Below, piece after piece: positions 1 to 14,700 of a stretch of DNA of 64,000 nt. Source of the DNA: Octopus vulgaris. Taxonomy: Eukaryota. The stretch lies in contig OX597814.1 of NCBI GenBank assembly GCA_951406725.2, positions 159,030,001-159,094,000 on the forward strand, in the 5' to 3' direction. Numbering within the stretch: the stretch's first letter is position 1; each line of letters begins with the position of its first letter. The notes beneath the pieces were generated by a model. That model was given only the letters and a program-made list of their open reading frames with translations. It was not told where the DNA came from and did not search any database. The position numbers were made by a program, and so were the translations under genes.

Positions 1-249
1 ACATGATAAATTTACACAATATACTTGAGATGTAGGAACAGACACAGTTTACAAGGTATTATACTGGAATGCGATACAGTAAAACAGCATCTCAATCTTT
101 TACATGCTATCGTTTGTATATTACTTATTATCTTATTTCTTAATGAATCATTATTCCAATTTCAACAAGACTTTGGAAAACCTCTCCAATTCCAAGTTAA
201 CTCAGCGACAAGCATAAGCAGGAAATCACGAAACTAATCTCTCACTCAC

Positions 250-279
250 CAACTGTAGACTCCACTTGAGAACGAGTTT
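250..279 (-). CDS. microexon [10 protein letters not shown] (A type)
   Basis: ctctag acceptor, 30 nt, GTGAGT donor. Confidence 0.85.
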
Positions 280-3200
280 CTAGAGAAAGGCAAACGTAAA
301 TATATTCCCTCAACACTTATGTCACACAATTTATTAAGACAGGAAAAAGGATTACATATATTCAACTCGTATAGAATGAGTGCTTTTCAAATGATAAATT
401 TAAGAAACTACTTCAATTACGCTACTACAAGAAACCACTTTGCAAACCTATCGTCATACTTTAACAGAATGGAAAATGCTTACATGAAGTAAATATTGAT
501 TGATTAGTCATAAGGATTTTACTTTCGTTTTGCTAAAGAATTAACGCAGAAATATATGTTACATATCTAGCTTATTGGTACACATCACGAGGAAAGATTG
601 TTCAGCAGCTTCCCTGTGCGTGTTACTTTTTCCGTTACAACTTCTGTGAAATTAATGAAATATGTAATTAAATATTTGGAAAGATAATTTAAAGCAGAAT
701 GCATAGCTATGTGGCGTTTACATAGGGAATTATATTAGCTAACTACGTCTTCTAGATCTCAGAATTTATCAAACGCAATCATATTCTCAGAGATATATAA
801 ATGTATGAATGTTCATATATATATATATACGTACCTATATACACACGTATCCATATACAAAAAGACACACACAAACATATATATATATGCCGATCTCTGA
901 CTTATGTGTGCATACTTCCTTAGATCTTTACATTTCGATAATATATACATCTCAGCAAAATATACAAATAGAATGTAAAGCTGAAACACTTTTTTATTTC
1001 CTTTTGCAGTGTATTTTTACTTTCTTGCTATTTTCTGTCTTTACACATCTTTCTCCTCATCACATGCTTTGACCATATGAAATTGCGATTTCATACATAC
1101 CAAAGAACATTTCAGCTATATATAAACGCTATCTCCTCGGACATTTCTGCATGGAATCTATATTTCAAATTATGTTTATTTACGTAACAAATTCGACAAA
1201 TGCGTAATTTTAAGTAACTATGTAATTACAAAAATATATATAATTCTGTGTATAAATCAGGATATGAAATAGAAAATTCTCATTTATTTCGAGTTAGAAA
1301 TTGCCGCTTGTCAAATACTTAGTATATAGGCAAGCATGTATTTGTGTCTGTTTGTGTGTTTAATGTCGTACATATTAGTTACTTTTTTCTTTTGCATCTA
1401 CTAATGTGTGTAACTAGCACTTTGCTATACATCCTGAAAAGAACACATGTGTTGAACGGAAGCAATATGTCACACTTTCAATTCTAAAAGAATACCTTTT
1501 CCTTACATTAAAATCAAATTGATTCTTCACATACTTTACAGGTGTCTAATCTATTCTCGAAAATTTGTTGCATTTCCATTCGCTCACTGTTCTCAAATAC
1601 ATTCGGCGATTTTGAAATTCAAACGTTTCAACGACAATGAAGGAAAAGTATAACCTCGACTGTTACAATGAAGCAAGGAAACATTTGACACCAACAACTG
1701 CTAAGTAGCATGTTTGAAATTCACAAAGCAAACACAAGTGTGGAGAAAGCGCAATACAATGTGGAAAAAACGCGGTTATATTTCTGAGTGTTCTGCATTT
1801 TCAGGAATCATACAGCATTATCGTCCGTGGTCTTTTTTTTTAGGACCAGAATGATGATCCATCATCTTTCTGCAAAACCTGTATTTTTCTTAGATATCTT
1901 TGGTTCTACACAGGAGTGTCATTCAAATATTAAAATAAAGATATACTTTATATGTTTAGAATAAGATAAAGTCGTATAACTAAAGATTGTTAGTAATAAA
2001 TTAAATAAAAGAAATTGGGCTGAAATGGTTTAATATATAAGCCACATTCAAGATCATATGTTGAGACGTGAAAAGAATTTGAACTGGGGCTGCGTATTAT
2101 ATTGTGCCTCTTCTAAATATAGGGTATTTAACTCGATTGTTCGTCACTTCTGCAGCGTAGCATATGGAGATTATTCATGTAAATGCGGACCAGGACTCGA
2201 TGCCGGTATTTTATTGTCTTTGTAATTGCATGCACTGTGCTCATATCAATGTATGTGTGTATGTAGGCTGTGTTAGGTGTAATGAAATATATTTTTGCGT
2301 GACTTTGTTTAGCTAGCAATATCTGATATACCTGACAATAGACAGTAAGCCTAAACGTTGAAAGCGAATGAAATTATTGCATGTAAGACTCACCAACAGT
2401 AGATTCAACTTCAGATGGTTTTTCTGAACGAAATCAAAATAAACTACAATAAGCATGTTGCTAAATTATTCGACGGGAAATGATATAATCCGTAAATGTT
2501 TGTTCAAATTTCTTCTTAAGTAATAGACCAACTATGACCTCTGCAAAATGCATTTCTTACAATTATACGCTAATAAGTTAACATCATATATTCGATCTGT
2601 AGTTCAATGAAGCATGTTTATGTCTTCAATATAGATTTATAATTATTTCATAAAACTCCGACTTTCATTAAACAAATGCAGAATTAAGTCGCGAATTTAC
2701 GAGAAAACATTCTTACAGGAAAATATGCGGTCAGAATACATTGGATTTTAAGTAACGCTATGCTTTAATATCAAATGCTCTTACCTATGCGAGTTTCGGT
2801 TTCTCTGATAATTTCTGTGAAATTCAAAACGTAAATCGTTAACTATGTCGTCGGCTATTTCATAATAGTCACGATTTTTAATAACGTTTCATACAATTAA
2901 GTATTACCAAGGAGGTGACGCACGAAAACACGTAGGTAAATATTTCTATCAATTTTGTTTATATAATTTAACATGAAAATGTTATGTAGGAATTTGGTAA
3001 TTTCGATATAAAAGAAAACCACAACAATCAGTTATTAACCGAGACATTATTTTTCGAGTACATCTCCCACTATATATATAGTAATTTCAAAGTTAATAAT
3101 GATGTACTATAACTAGTAATCATAAGAGTTTTGTTAAATTAAAACTGTACCAAATTAGGAGACACTTACCAACTGTGGCTTCGGCCTCAGATGGTTGTTC

Positions 3201-4735
3201 TGAATATGGAATGAAAGACATTATCATCAGCTTTTGCATCACATACAGATATAATATACGTAGACAGATAACCAAACATTCATTCACAACAATACACCTA
3301 CCTATTTTAAAGATATATTTCATAAAGCTATGCAAAATAATGCGGGACAATATATTATCTTGATTTGAAAGTGTTTTCAGTGTGACAATATATGTTCATT
3401 CCATCATTTGCAAAGGAGTCAACAAACAGTAACTTTTGTAAAAGCGACGTCGCCTTTGACATATTGCAAGCATATATCAACTTTACTACATTCATTTCGA
3501 TTAATATGTTACGCTTTCCAAACAAATTATAGCTAGCTAGTTAAACAGAAACCTAGTTCTATCGAGATAAGTTCGTAAACTGAAGATCTCTCACCTTTAG
3601 GACGCTCGTCCTGTTGCACAACATCTGTGAAATAATTAAATGATATATCAATTTCATGCTGATCAACACATGACTAATCTCTACAAATATATCAATCTAC
3701 TTTTGCAATTGCAAAGCTTTTCAAAAACCGAATGCCCTTTGCATGATTCGCTTTATTGTTTCTCTACGATTTCATTTTACACATTTAAAGCGCAGATAAA
3801 ATATATCAAACTATTTATTGCAATTACTATTTTACACGGTAGTGCGATGTGAATATATTTTGAGACGTGTTACTTTCTTTCAAATAAAGTTTCTCTCCAA
3901 TTAATCATACGCACTTCAATTATAACATGATAAATTTACACAATATACTTGAGATGTAGGAACAGACACAGTTTACAAGGTATTATACTGGAATGCGATA
4001 CAGTAAAACAGCATCTCAATCTTTTACATGCTATCGTTTGTATATTACTTATTATCTTATTTCTTAATGAATCATTATTCCAATTTCAACAAGACTTTGG
4101 AAAACCTCTCCAATTCCAAGTTAACTCAGCGACAAGCATAAGCAGGAAATCACGAAACTAATCTCTCACTCACCAACTGTAGACTCCACTTGAGAACGAG
4201 TTTCTAGAGAAAGGCAAACGTAAATATATTCCCTCAACACTTATGTCACACAATTTATTAAGACAGGAAAAAGGATTACATATATTCAACTCGTATAGAA
4301 TGAGTGCTTTTCAAATGATAAATTTAAGAAACTACTTCAATTACGCCACTACAAGAAACCACTTTGCAAACCTATCGTCATACTTTAACAGAATGGAAAA
4401 TGCTTACATGAAGTAAATATTGATTGATTAGTCATAAGGATTTTACTTTCGTTTTGCTAAAGAATTAACGCAGAAATATATGTTACATATCTAGCTTATT
4501 GGTACACATCACGAGGAAAGATTGTTCAGCAGCTTCCCTGTGCGTGTTACTTTTTCCGTTACAACTTCTGTGAAATTAATGAAATATGTAATTAAATATT
4601 TGGAAAGATAATTTAAAGCAGAATGCATAGCTATGTGGCGTTTACATAGGGAATTATATTAGCTAACTACGTCTTCTAGATCTCAGAATGTGTCAAATGC
4701 AATCATGTTCTCAGAGATATATAAATGTATGAATG

Positions 4736-4774
<39 letters not shown>

Positions 4775-4818
4775 GTACCTATATACACGCGTATCCATAT
4801 ACACAAAGACACACACAA

Positions 4819-4852
<34 letters not shown>

Positions 4853-7800
4853 CGATCTCTCACTTATGTATGCATACTTCCTTAGATCTATACATTTCGA
4901 TAATATATACATCTCAGCAAAATATACAAATAGAATGTAAAGCTGAAACACTTTTTTATTTCCTTTTGCAGTGTATTTTTATTTATTGCTATTTTCTGTC
5001 TTTACACCTCTTTCTTCTCATCACATGCTTTGACCATATGAATTTGCGGCTTCATACATACCAAAAAACATTTCAGCTATATATAAATGCTATCTCGTCG
5101 GACTTTTCTGCATGGAATCTATATTTCAAATAATGTTAATTTACGTAAAAAATTCGGCAAATGCGTAATTTTAAGTAACTATGTAATTACAAAAATATAT
5201 ATGATTCTGTGTATAAATCAGGTTATGAAATAGAAAATTCTCATATATTACGAATTAGAAACTGCTGCTTGTCAAATACTTAGTATATAGGCAAGCATGT
5301 ATTTGTGTCTGCTTGTGTGTTTAATGTCGTACATATTAGTTACTTTTTTCTTTTGCCTCTACTAATGTGTGTAACTAGCACTTTGCTATACATCCTGAAA
5401 AGAACACATGTGTTGAACGGAAGTAATATGTCACAGTTTCAATTCTAAAAAAATACCTTTTCCTTAAATTAAAATGAAATTGATTCCTCACATACTTTAC
5501 AGTTGTTTAATCTATTCTCGAAAATTTCTTGCATTTCCATTCGCTCAGTGTTCTCAAATACCTTCGGCTATTTTGAAATTCAAACGTTTCAACGACAAAG
5601 AAGGAAAAGTAAAACCTCGACTGTTACAATGAAGCAAGGAAACATTTGACACCAACAACTGCTAAGTAGCATGTTTGAAATTCGCAAAGCAAACACAAGT
5701 GTGGAGAAAGCGCAATGCAATGTGGAAAAAAACGCGATTATATTTCTGAGTATTCTGCATTTTCAGGAATCTTAAAGCATTACCGTCCATGGTCTTTTTT
5801 TTTAGGACCAGAATGATGATCCATCATCTTCTGCAAAACCTGTATTTTTCTTAGATTTCTTTAGTTCTACACAGGAGTGTCATTCAAATATTAAAATAAA
5901 TATATTCTTTATATACTTAGAATGCGATAAGGTCGTATAAATAAAGATTGTTAGCAATAAATTGAATAAAAGAATTTGGGCTGAAATGGTTTAATATACA
6001 AGCCACATTCAAGAGGATATGTTGCGACATGAAAAGAATTTGAACTGGGGCTGCGTATTATATTGTGCCCCTTCTCAATATAGGATATTTGACTCGATTG
6101 TTCGTCACTTCTGCAGCGTAACATATGGAGATTATTCATGTAAATGCGGACCAGGAATCGGTGCCGTTATTTGATTGTCTTTGTAATTGCATGCACAGTA
6201 CTCATATCAATGTATGTGTGTATGTAGGCTGTGTTAGGTGTAATGAAATATATTTTTGCGTGACTTTTTTTAGCTAGCAATATCTGATATACCTGACAAT
6301 AGACAGTAAGCCTAAACGTTGAAAGCGAATGAAATTATTGCATATGAGACTCACCAACAGTAGATTCAACTTCAGATGGTTTTTCTGAACGAAATCAAAG
6401 TAAACTACGATAAGCATGTTGCTAAATTATTCGACGGGAAATGATATAATCTGTAAATGTTTGTTCATATTTCTTCTTAAGTAATAGACCGCCAATGACC
6501 TTTGCAAAATGCATTTCTTACAATTATACGCTAATAAGTTAACATTATTTATATTCGATCTGTATTTCAATGCCTTCAATATAGATTTAGAATTATTTGA
6601 TAAAGCAACGCGTTCACTAATTAAATGCAGAATTCGCGGATTTACGAGAAAACATTCTTACAGGAATGTATGCGGTCAGTATATATTAATTTTAAGTAAC
6701 GCTATGCTATAATATCAAATCTTCTTACCTATGCGAGTTTCGGTTTCTCTGATAATTTCTGTGAAATTCAAAACGTAAATCGTTAACTATGTCGTCGATC
6801 ATTTCATAAAAGTCACGATTTTTAATGACGTTTCATACAATTAAGTATTACCAAGGAGGTGACGCACGAAAACACGTAGGTAAATATTTCTATCAATTTT
6901 GTTTATATAATTTAACATGAAAATGTTATGTAGGAATTTGGTAATTTCGATATAAAAGAAAACCACAACAACAAGTTATTAACCGAGACATTATTTTTCG
7001 AGTACATCTCCCACTATAAATATATAGTAATTTCAAAATTAATAATGATGTACTATAACTAGTAATCATAAGAGATTTGTTAAATTAGAACGGTACCAAA
7101 TTAGGAGACACTTACCAACTGTGGCCTCGGCCTCAGATGGTTGTTCTGAATATGGAATGAAATACACTATCATCAGCTTTTGCATCACATACAGATATAA
7201 TATACGTAGACAGATAACCAAACATTCATTCACAACAATACACCTACCTATTTTAAAGATATATTTCATAAAGCTATGCAAAATAATGCGGGACAATATA
7301 TTATCTTGATTTGAAAGTGTTTTCAGTGTGACAATAAATGTTCATTCCATCATTTGCAAAGGAGTCAACAAACAGTAACTTTTGTAAAAGCGACGTCGCC
7401 TTTGATATATTACAAGCATATATCAACTTTACTTCATTCATTTCGATTAATATGTTACGCTTTCCAAACAAATTATAGTTAGCTAGTTAAACAGAAACCT
7501 AGGTCTATCGAGATAAGATCGTAAACTGAAGCTCTCTCACCTTTAGGACGCTCGTCCTGTTGCACAACATCTGTGAAATAATTAAATGATATATCAATTT
7601 CATGCTGATCAACACATGACTAATCTCTACAAATATATCAATCTACTTTTGCAATTGCAAAGCTTTTCAAAAACCGAATGCCCTTTGCGTGATTCGCTTT
7701 ATTCTTTCTATACGATTTCATTTTACACATTTAAAGCGCACATAAAATATATCGAAATATTTATTGCAATTACTATTTTACACGGTAGTGCGATGTGAAT

Positions 7801-8677
7801 ATATTTTGAGACGTTTTATATTCTTTCAAATAAAGTTTCTCTGCAATTAATCATACGCACTTCAATTTTAACATGATAAATTTACACAATATATTTGAGA
7901 TGTAGGAACAGACACAGTTTACAAGGTCTTATACTGGAATGCGATACGGTAACACAGAATCGCAATCTTTTACATGCTATCGTTTGTATATTACTTATTA
8001 TCTTATTTCTTAATGAATCATTATTCCAATTTCAACAAGACTTTGGAAAACCTCTCCAATTCCAAGTTAACTCAGCGACAAGCATAAGCAGGAAATCACG
8101 AAACTAATCTCTCACTCACCAACTGTAGACTCCACTTGAGAACGAGTTTCTAGAGAAAGGCAAACGTAAATATATTCCCTCAATTTATTAAGACAATTTA
8201 TTAAGACAGGAAATTATATTAAATATATTCAACTCGTATAGAATGAGTGCTTTTCAAATGATAAATTTACGAAACTACTTCAATTACGCCACTACAAGAA
8301 ACCACTTTGCAAACCTATCGTCATACTTTAACAGAATGGAAAATGCTTACATGAAGTAAATATTGATTGATTAGTCATAAGAATTTTACTTTCGTTTTAC
8401 TAAAGGATTAACGCTGAAATATATGTTACATATCTAGCTTATTGGTACACATCACGAGGAAAGATTCTTCAGCAGCTTACCTGTGCGTGTTACTTTTTCC
8501 GTTACAACTTCTGTGAAATTAATGAAAAATGTATTAAATATTTGGAAAGATAATTTAAAGCAGAATGCATAGCTATGTGGCGTTTACATAGGGAATTATA
8601 TTAGCTAACTACGTCTTCTAGGTCTCAGAATTTGTCAAACGCAATCATATTCTCACAGATATATAAATGTATGAATG

Positions 8678-8740
<63 letters not shown>

Positions 8741-11700
8741 CCATTCGCTCACTGTTCTCAAATACCTTTCGGCGATTCTGAAATTCAAACGATTCAACGA
8801 CAATGGAGGAAAAGTAAAACCTCGACAATTAAGCAAGGAAACATTTGACACCAACAACTGCTAAGTAGCATGTTTGAAATTCGCAAATCAAACACAAGTG
8901 TGGAGAAAGCGCAATGCAATGTGGAAAAAAACGCGATTATATTTCTGAATATTCTGATTTTCAGGAATCTTAAAGCATTACCGTCCGTGGTCTTTTTTTT
9001 TAGGACCAGAATGATGATCCATCATCTTTCTGCAAAACCTGTATTTTTCTTAGATTTCTTTAGTTCTACACAGGAGTGTCATTCAAATATTAAAATAAAT
9101 ATATTCTTTATATATTTAGAATGCGATAAGGTCGTATAAATAAAGATTGTTAGTAATAAATTAAATAAAAGAAATTGGACTGAAATGGTTTAATATACAA
9201 GCCACATTCAAGAGGATATGTTGCGACATGAAAAGAATTTGAACTGGGGCTGCGTATTATATTGTGCCCCTTCTCAATATAGGATATTTGACTCGATTGT
9301 TCGTCACTTCTGCAGCGTAACATATGGAGATTATTCATGTAAATGCGGACCAGGAATCGGTGCCGTTATTTGATTGTCTTTGTAATTGCATGCACAGTAC
9401 TCATATCAATGTATGTGTGTATGTAGGCTGTGTTAGGTGTAATGAAATATATTTTTGCGTGACTTTGTTTAGCTAGCAATATCTGATACACCTGACAATA
9501 GACAGTAAGCCTAATCGTTGAAAGCGAATGAAATTATTGCATATGAGACTCACCAACAGTAGATTCAACTTCAGATGGTTTTTCTGAACGAAATCAAAAT
9601 AAACTACGATAAGCATGTTGCTAAATTATTCGACGGGAAATGATGTAATCTGTAAATGTTTGTTCATATTTCTTCTTAAGTAATAGACCGCCAATGACCT
9701 TTGCAAAATGCATTTCTTACAATTATACGCTAATAAGTTAACATTATTTATATTCGATCTGTATTTGAATGCCTTCAATATAGATTTATAATTATTTGAT
9801 AAAACAACGCGTTCACTAAACAAATGCAGAATTCGCGAATTTACGAGAAAACATTCTTACAGGAATGTATGCGGTCAGTATATATTGAATTTTAAGTTAC
9901 GCTATGCTATAATATCAAATCTTCTTACCTATGCGAGTTTCGGTTTCTCTGATAATTTCTGTGAAATTCAAAACGTAAATCGTTAACTATGTCGTCGATC
10001 ATTTCATAAAAGTCACGATTTTTAATGACGTTTCATACAATTAAGTATTACCAAGGAGGTGACGCACGAAAACACGTAGGTAAATATTTCTATCAATTTT
10101 GTTTATATAATTTAACATGAAAATGTTATGTAGGAATTTGGTAATTTCGATATAAAAGAAAACCACAACAATAAGTTATTAACCGAGACATTAGTTTTCG
10201 AGTACATCTCCCACTATAAATATATAGTAATTTCAAAATTAATAATGATGTACTATAACTAGTAATCATAAGAGATTTGTTAAATTAAAACGGTACCAAA
10301 TTAGGAGACACTTACCAACTGTGGCCTCGGCCTCAGATGGTTGTTCTGAATATGGAATGAAAGACATTATCATCAGCTTTTGCATCACATACAGATATAA
10401 TATACGTAGACAGATAACCAAACATTCATTTCACAACAATACACCTACCTATTTTAAAGATATATTTCATAAAGCTATGCAAAATAATGCGGGACAATAT
10501 ATTATCTTGATTTGAAAGTGTTTTCAGTGTGACAATAAATGTTCATTCCATCATTTGCAAAGGAGTCAACAAACAGTAACTTTTGTAAAAGCGACGTCGC
10601 CTTTGATATATTACAAGCATATATCAACTTTACTACATTCATTTCGATTAATATGTTACGCTTTCCAAACAAATTATAGTTAGCTAGTTAAACAGAAACC
10701 TAGGTCTATCGAGATAAGTTCGTAAACTGAAGATCTCTCACCTTTAGGACGCTCGTCCTGTTGCACAACATCTGTGAAATAATTAAATGATATATCAATT
10801 TTATGCTGATCAACACATGACTAATCTCTACAAATATACCAATCTACTTTTGCAATTGCAAAGCTTTTCAAAAACCGAATGCCCTTTGCGTGATTCGCTT
10901 TATTCTTTCTGTACGATTTCATTTTACACATTTAAAGCGCACATAAAATATATCGAAATATTTATTGCAATTACTATTTTACACGGTAGTGCGATGTGAA
11001 TATATTTTGAGACGTTTTATATTCTTTCAAATAAAGTTTCTCTCCAATTAATCATCCGCACTTCAATTTTAACATGATAAATTTACACAATATATTTGAG
11101 ATGTAGGAACAGACACAGTTTACAAGGTATTATACTGGAATGCGATACGGTAACACAGCATCTCAATCTTTTACATGCTATCGTTTGTATATTACTTATT
11201 ATCTTATTTCTTAATGAATCATTATTCCAATTTCAACAAGACTTTGGAAAACCTCTCCAATTCCAAGTTAACTCAGCGACAAGCATAAGCAGGAAATCAC
11301 GAAACTAATCTCTCACTCACCAACTGTAGACTCCACTTCAGAACGAGTTTCTAGAGAAAGGCAAACGTAAATATATTCCCTCAATTTATTTAGACAATTT
11401 ATTAAGACAGGAAAATATATTAAATATATTCAACTCGTATAGAATGAGTGCTTTTCAAATGATAAATTTACGAAACTACTTCAATTACGCCACTACAAGA
11501 AACCACTTTGAAAACCTATCGTCATACTTTAACAGAATGGAAAATGCTTACATGAAGTAAATATTGATTGATTAGTCATAAGAATTTTACTTTCGTTTTA
11601 CTAAAGGATTACCGCTGAAATATATGTTACATATCTAGCTTATTGGTACACATCACGAGGAAAGATTGTTCAGCAGCTTACCTGTGCGTGTTACTTTTTC

Positions 11701-14700
11701 CGTTACAACTTCTGTGAAATTAATGAAATATGTAATTAAATATTTGGAAAGATAATTTAAAGCAGAATGCATAGTTATGTGGCGTTTACATAGGGAATTA
11801 TATTAGCTAACTACGTCTTCTAGGTCTCAGAATTTGTCAAACGCAATCATATTCTCAGAGATATATAAATGTATGAATGCTCATATATATATATATATAG
11901 TTTCATTCGCTCACTGTTCTCAAATACCTTCGGCGATTTTGAAATTCAAACGTTTCAACGACAATGAAGGAAAATTAAAACCTCGACTGTTACAATGAAG
12001 CAAGGAAACATTTGAAACCAACAACTGCTAAGTAGCATGTTTGAAATTCGCAAAGCAAACACAAGTGTGGAGAAAGCGCAATACAATGTGGAAAAAACGC
12101 GGTTATATTTCTGAGTGTTCTGCATTTTCAGGAATCTTAAAGCATTACCGTCCGTGGTCTTTTTTTTTTAGGACCAGAATGATGATCCACCATCTTTCTG
12201 CAAAACCTGTTTTTTTCTTAGATTTCTTTAGTTCTACACAGGAGTGTCATTCAAATATTAAAATAAATGTATTCTTTATATATTTAGAATGAAATAAGGT
12301 CGTATAAATAAAGAATGTTAGTAATAAATTAACTAAAATAAATTGGCCTGAAATAGTTTAATAAACAGGCCACATTCAAGATAATATAGTGCAACATGTA
12401 AAGAATTTGACCTGGGGTTCCGCATTATGTTTATGCCTCTTCTTACCATAGGATATATGTCTCGATAGCTCGGTTCTTCTGCAGCGTAGTATATGGAAAT
12501 TTTTCATGTAAATGCGGACCAGGATTCGGTGCCGGTATTTGATTGTCTTTGTAATTGCATGCACTGTGCTCATATCAATGTATGGGTGTATGTAAGCTGT
12601 GTTAGGTGTAATGAAATATATTTTTGCGTGACTTTGTTTAGCTAGCAATATCTGATATACCTGACAATTGACGGTATGCTTAAACGTTGAAAGCGAATGA
12701 AATTATTGCATATGAGACTCACCAACAGTAGATTCAACTTCAGATGGATTTTCTGAACGAAATCAAAATAAACTACAATAAGCATGTTGCTAAATTATTC
12801 AACGGGAAATGATATAATCTGTAAATGTTTGTTCAATTTTGTTCTTAAATAATAGACCGCCTATGACCTTTGCGTAATGTATTTCTTACAATGATACGCT
12901 AATAAGTTAACATTATATATATTCGATCTGTAGTTCAATGGAGCATGTTTATGCCTTCAATATAGATTTATAATTATTTCATAAATCTCCGACGTTCACT
13001 AAACAAATGCAGAATTAATTCGCGAATTTACGAGAAAACTTTCTTACAGGAAAATATGCGGTCACTATATATTGAATTTTAAGTTACGCTATGCTATATC
13101 AAATCTTCTTACCTATGCGAGTTTCGGTTTCTCTGATAATTTCTGTGAAATTCAAAACGTAAATCGTTAACTATGTCGACGGCCATTTCGTAAAAGTCAC
13201 GATTTTTAATGACGTTTCATACAATTAAGTATTACCAAGGAGGTGACGCACGAAAACACGTAGGTAAATATTTCTATCAATTTTGTTAATATAATTTAAC
13301 ATGAAAATGTTATGTAGGACTTTGGTGATTTCGATATAAAAGTAAACCACAACAATAAGTTATTAACCGAGACATTATTTTTCGAGTACATCTCGAACTA
13401 TATATATAGTAATTTCAAAATTAATAATGATGTACTATAACTAGTAATCATAAGAGATTTGTTAAATTAGAACGGTACCAAATTAGGAGACACTTACCAA
13501 CTGTGGCTTCGGCCTCAGATGGTTGTTCTGAATATGGAATGAAAGACAATATCATCGGCTTTTGCACCACATACAGATATAATATACGTAGACAGATAAC
13601 CAAACATTCACTCACAATAATACACCTTACGATTTTAAAGATTTATTTCATAAAAGTATGCAATAAAATGCAGAAAATATATTGTCTTGAATTGAAAGTG
13701 TTTTCAATGTGACAATATATGTTCACTGCCATCATTTACAAGGGAGGAAACAAACAGTAACTTTTGGTAAAAGCGACGTCGAATTTGATATATTGCAAGC
13801 ATATATCAATTTTACTACATTCATTTCGATTAATATGTTTCGCTTTTCCATACATATAATTGTTAGGTAGGTAAACAAAAACGTAGGTCTATCGAGATAA
13901 GTTCGTAAACTGAAGCTCTCTCACCTTTAGGACGCTCGTCCTGTTGCACAACATCTGTGAAATAATTAAATGATATATCAATTTCTTGCTGAGAACTGAT
14001 GAACACATCACTAGTCTCTACAAATATATCAATCAACTTTTGCAATTGCAAAGCTTTTCAAATACCGATTGCCCCTGCATGTTTCGCCTTATCATTTCTG
14101 TACGATTTCGTTTTATACATTTGAAGCGCAAATAGAATATATCGAAATATTTATTGCGACTATTATTTTACATGGTAGTGCGATATGAATATATTCTGCG
14201 ATGAGTTACTTTCTCTCCAATTAATCATAGGCACTACAATTTTAACATGATAAATTTACACAATATATTTGAGATGCGGTAAAGTAACCGAGAATTCATT
14301 AATATATAAGTAACATTTTATCTCTAGTAATATATCCATGTAATTTTGCAATCTTAATATTGTTTACTTGCTGCATTGTCCTTATTCTTTCAGTTCGATT
14401 TCAGTTTTTATATTTTAAGCCCTGAGAAATTATATCGAAATATTTTTTGCAATTGTTATTTCCACGGTAATACTCTGTGAATATATTTAGAAACGATTTC
14501 GTTTTTTACCACTAATACTTTTCTCTAATTAACCATACGTACTTCTGTTTTAATATGATAAATTTAATGATTTTACTTTAGATTCAGGAGCCGTCAAAAT
14601 TTACAGCGTATATTTCTAATAATGGCTAAAGCAATACAGCATCTCAATCTTTTACATACTATCTTTCCTATAGTCCTCATTATCTTACTTCGTAACGCAT

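Larger units (their letters stand above)
1..14270. repeat. four recent tandem copies of a six-exon unit (1-3924, 3925-7870, 7871-11071, 11072 to about 14270)
   Basis: acatgataaatttacacaatat recurs at 1, 3925, 7871, 11072 and about 14245; the short ORFs in the track repeat with it. Confidence 0.95.

Noticed and set aside
2394-2814. Gene name from ETRIEK (protein 4.1 C-terminus-like), ESTV (PDZ-ligand-like) or titin
   Set aside because: Short low-complexity matches, internal rather than C-terminal, and no diagnostic domain exon in the window; no symbol assigned.
25-11308. Repeated 60-90 aa ORFs (MRCRNRHS..., MIYQFH..., MASASDG...) as a tandem small-gene family
   Set aside because: They recur only because the intron DNA is duplicated; several have non-ATG starts, shift frame between copies and are antisense to the microexons.
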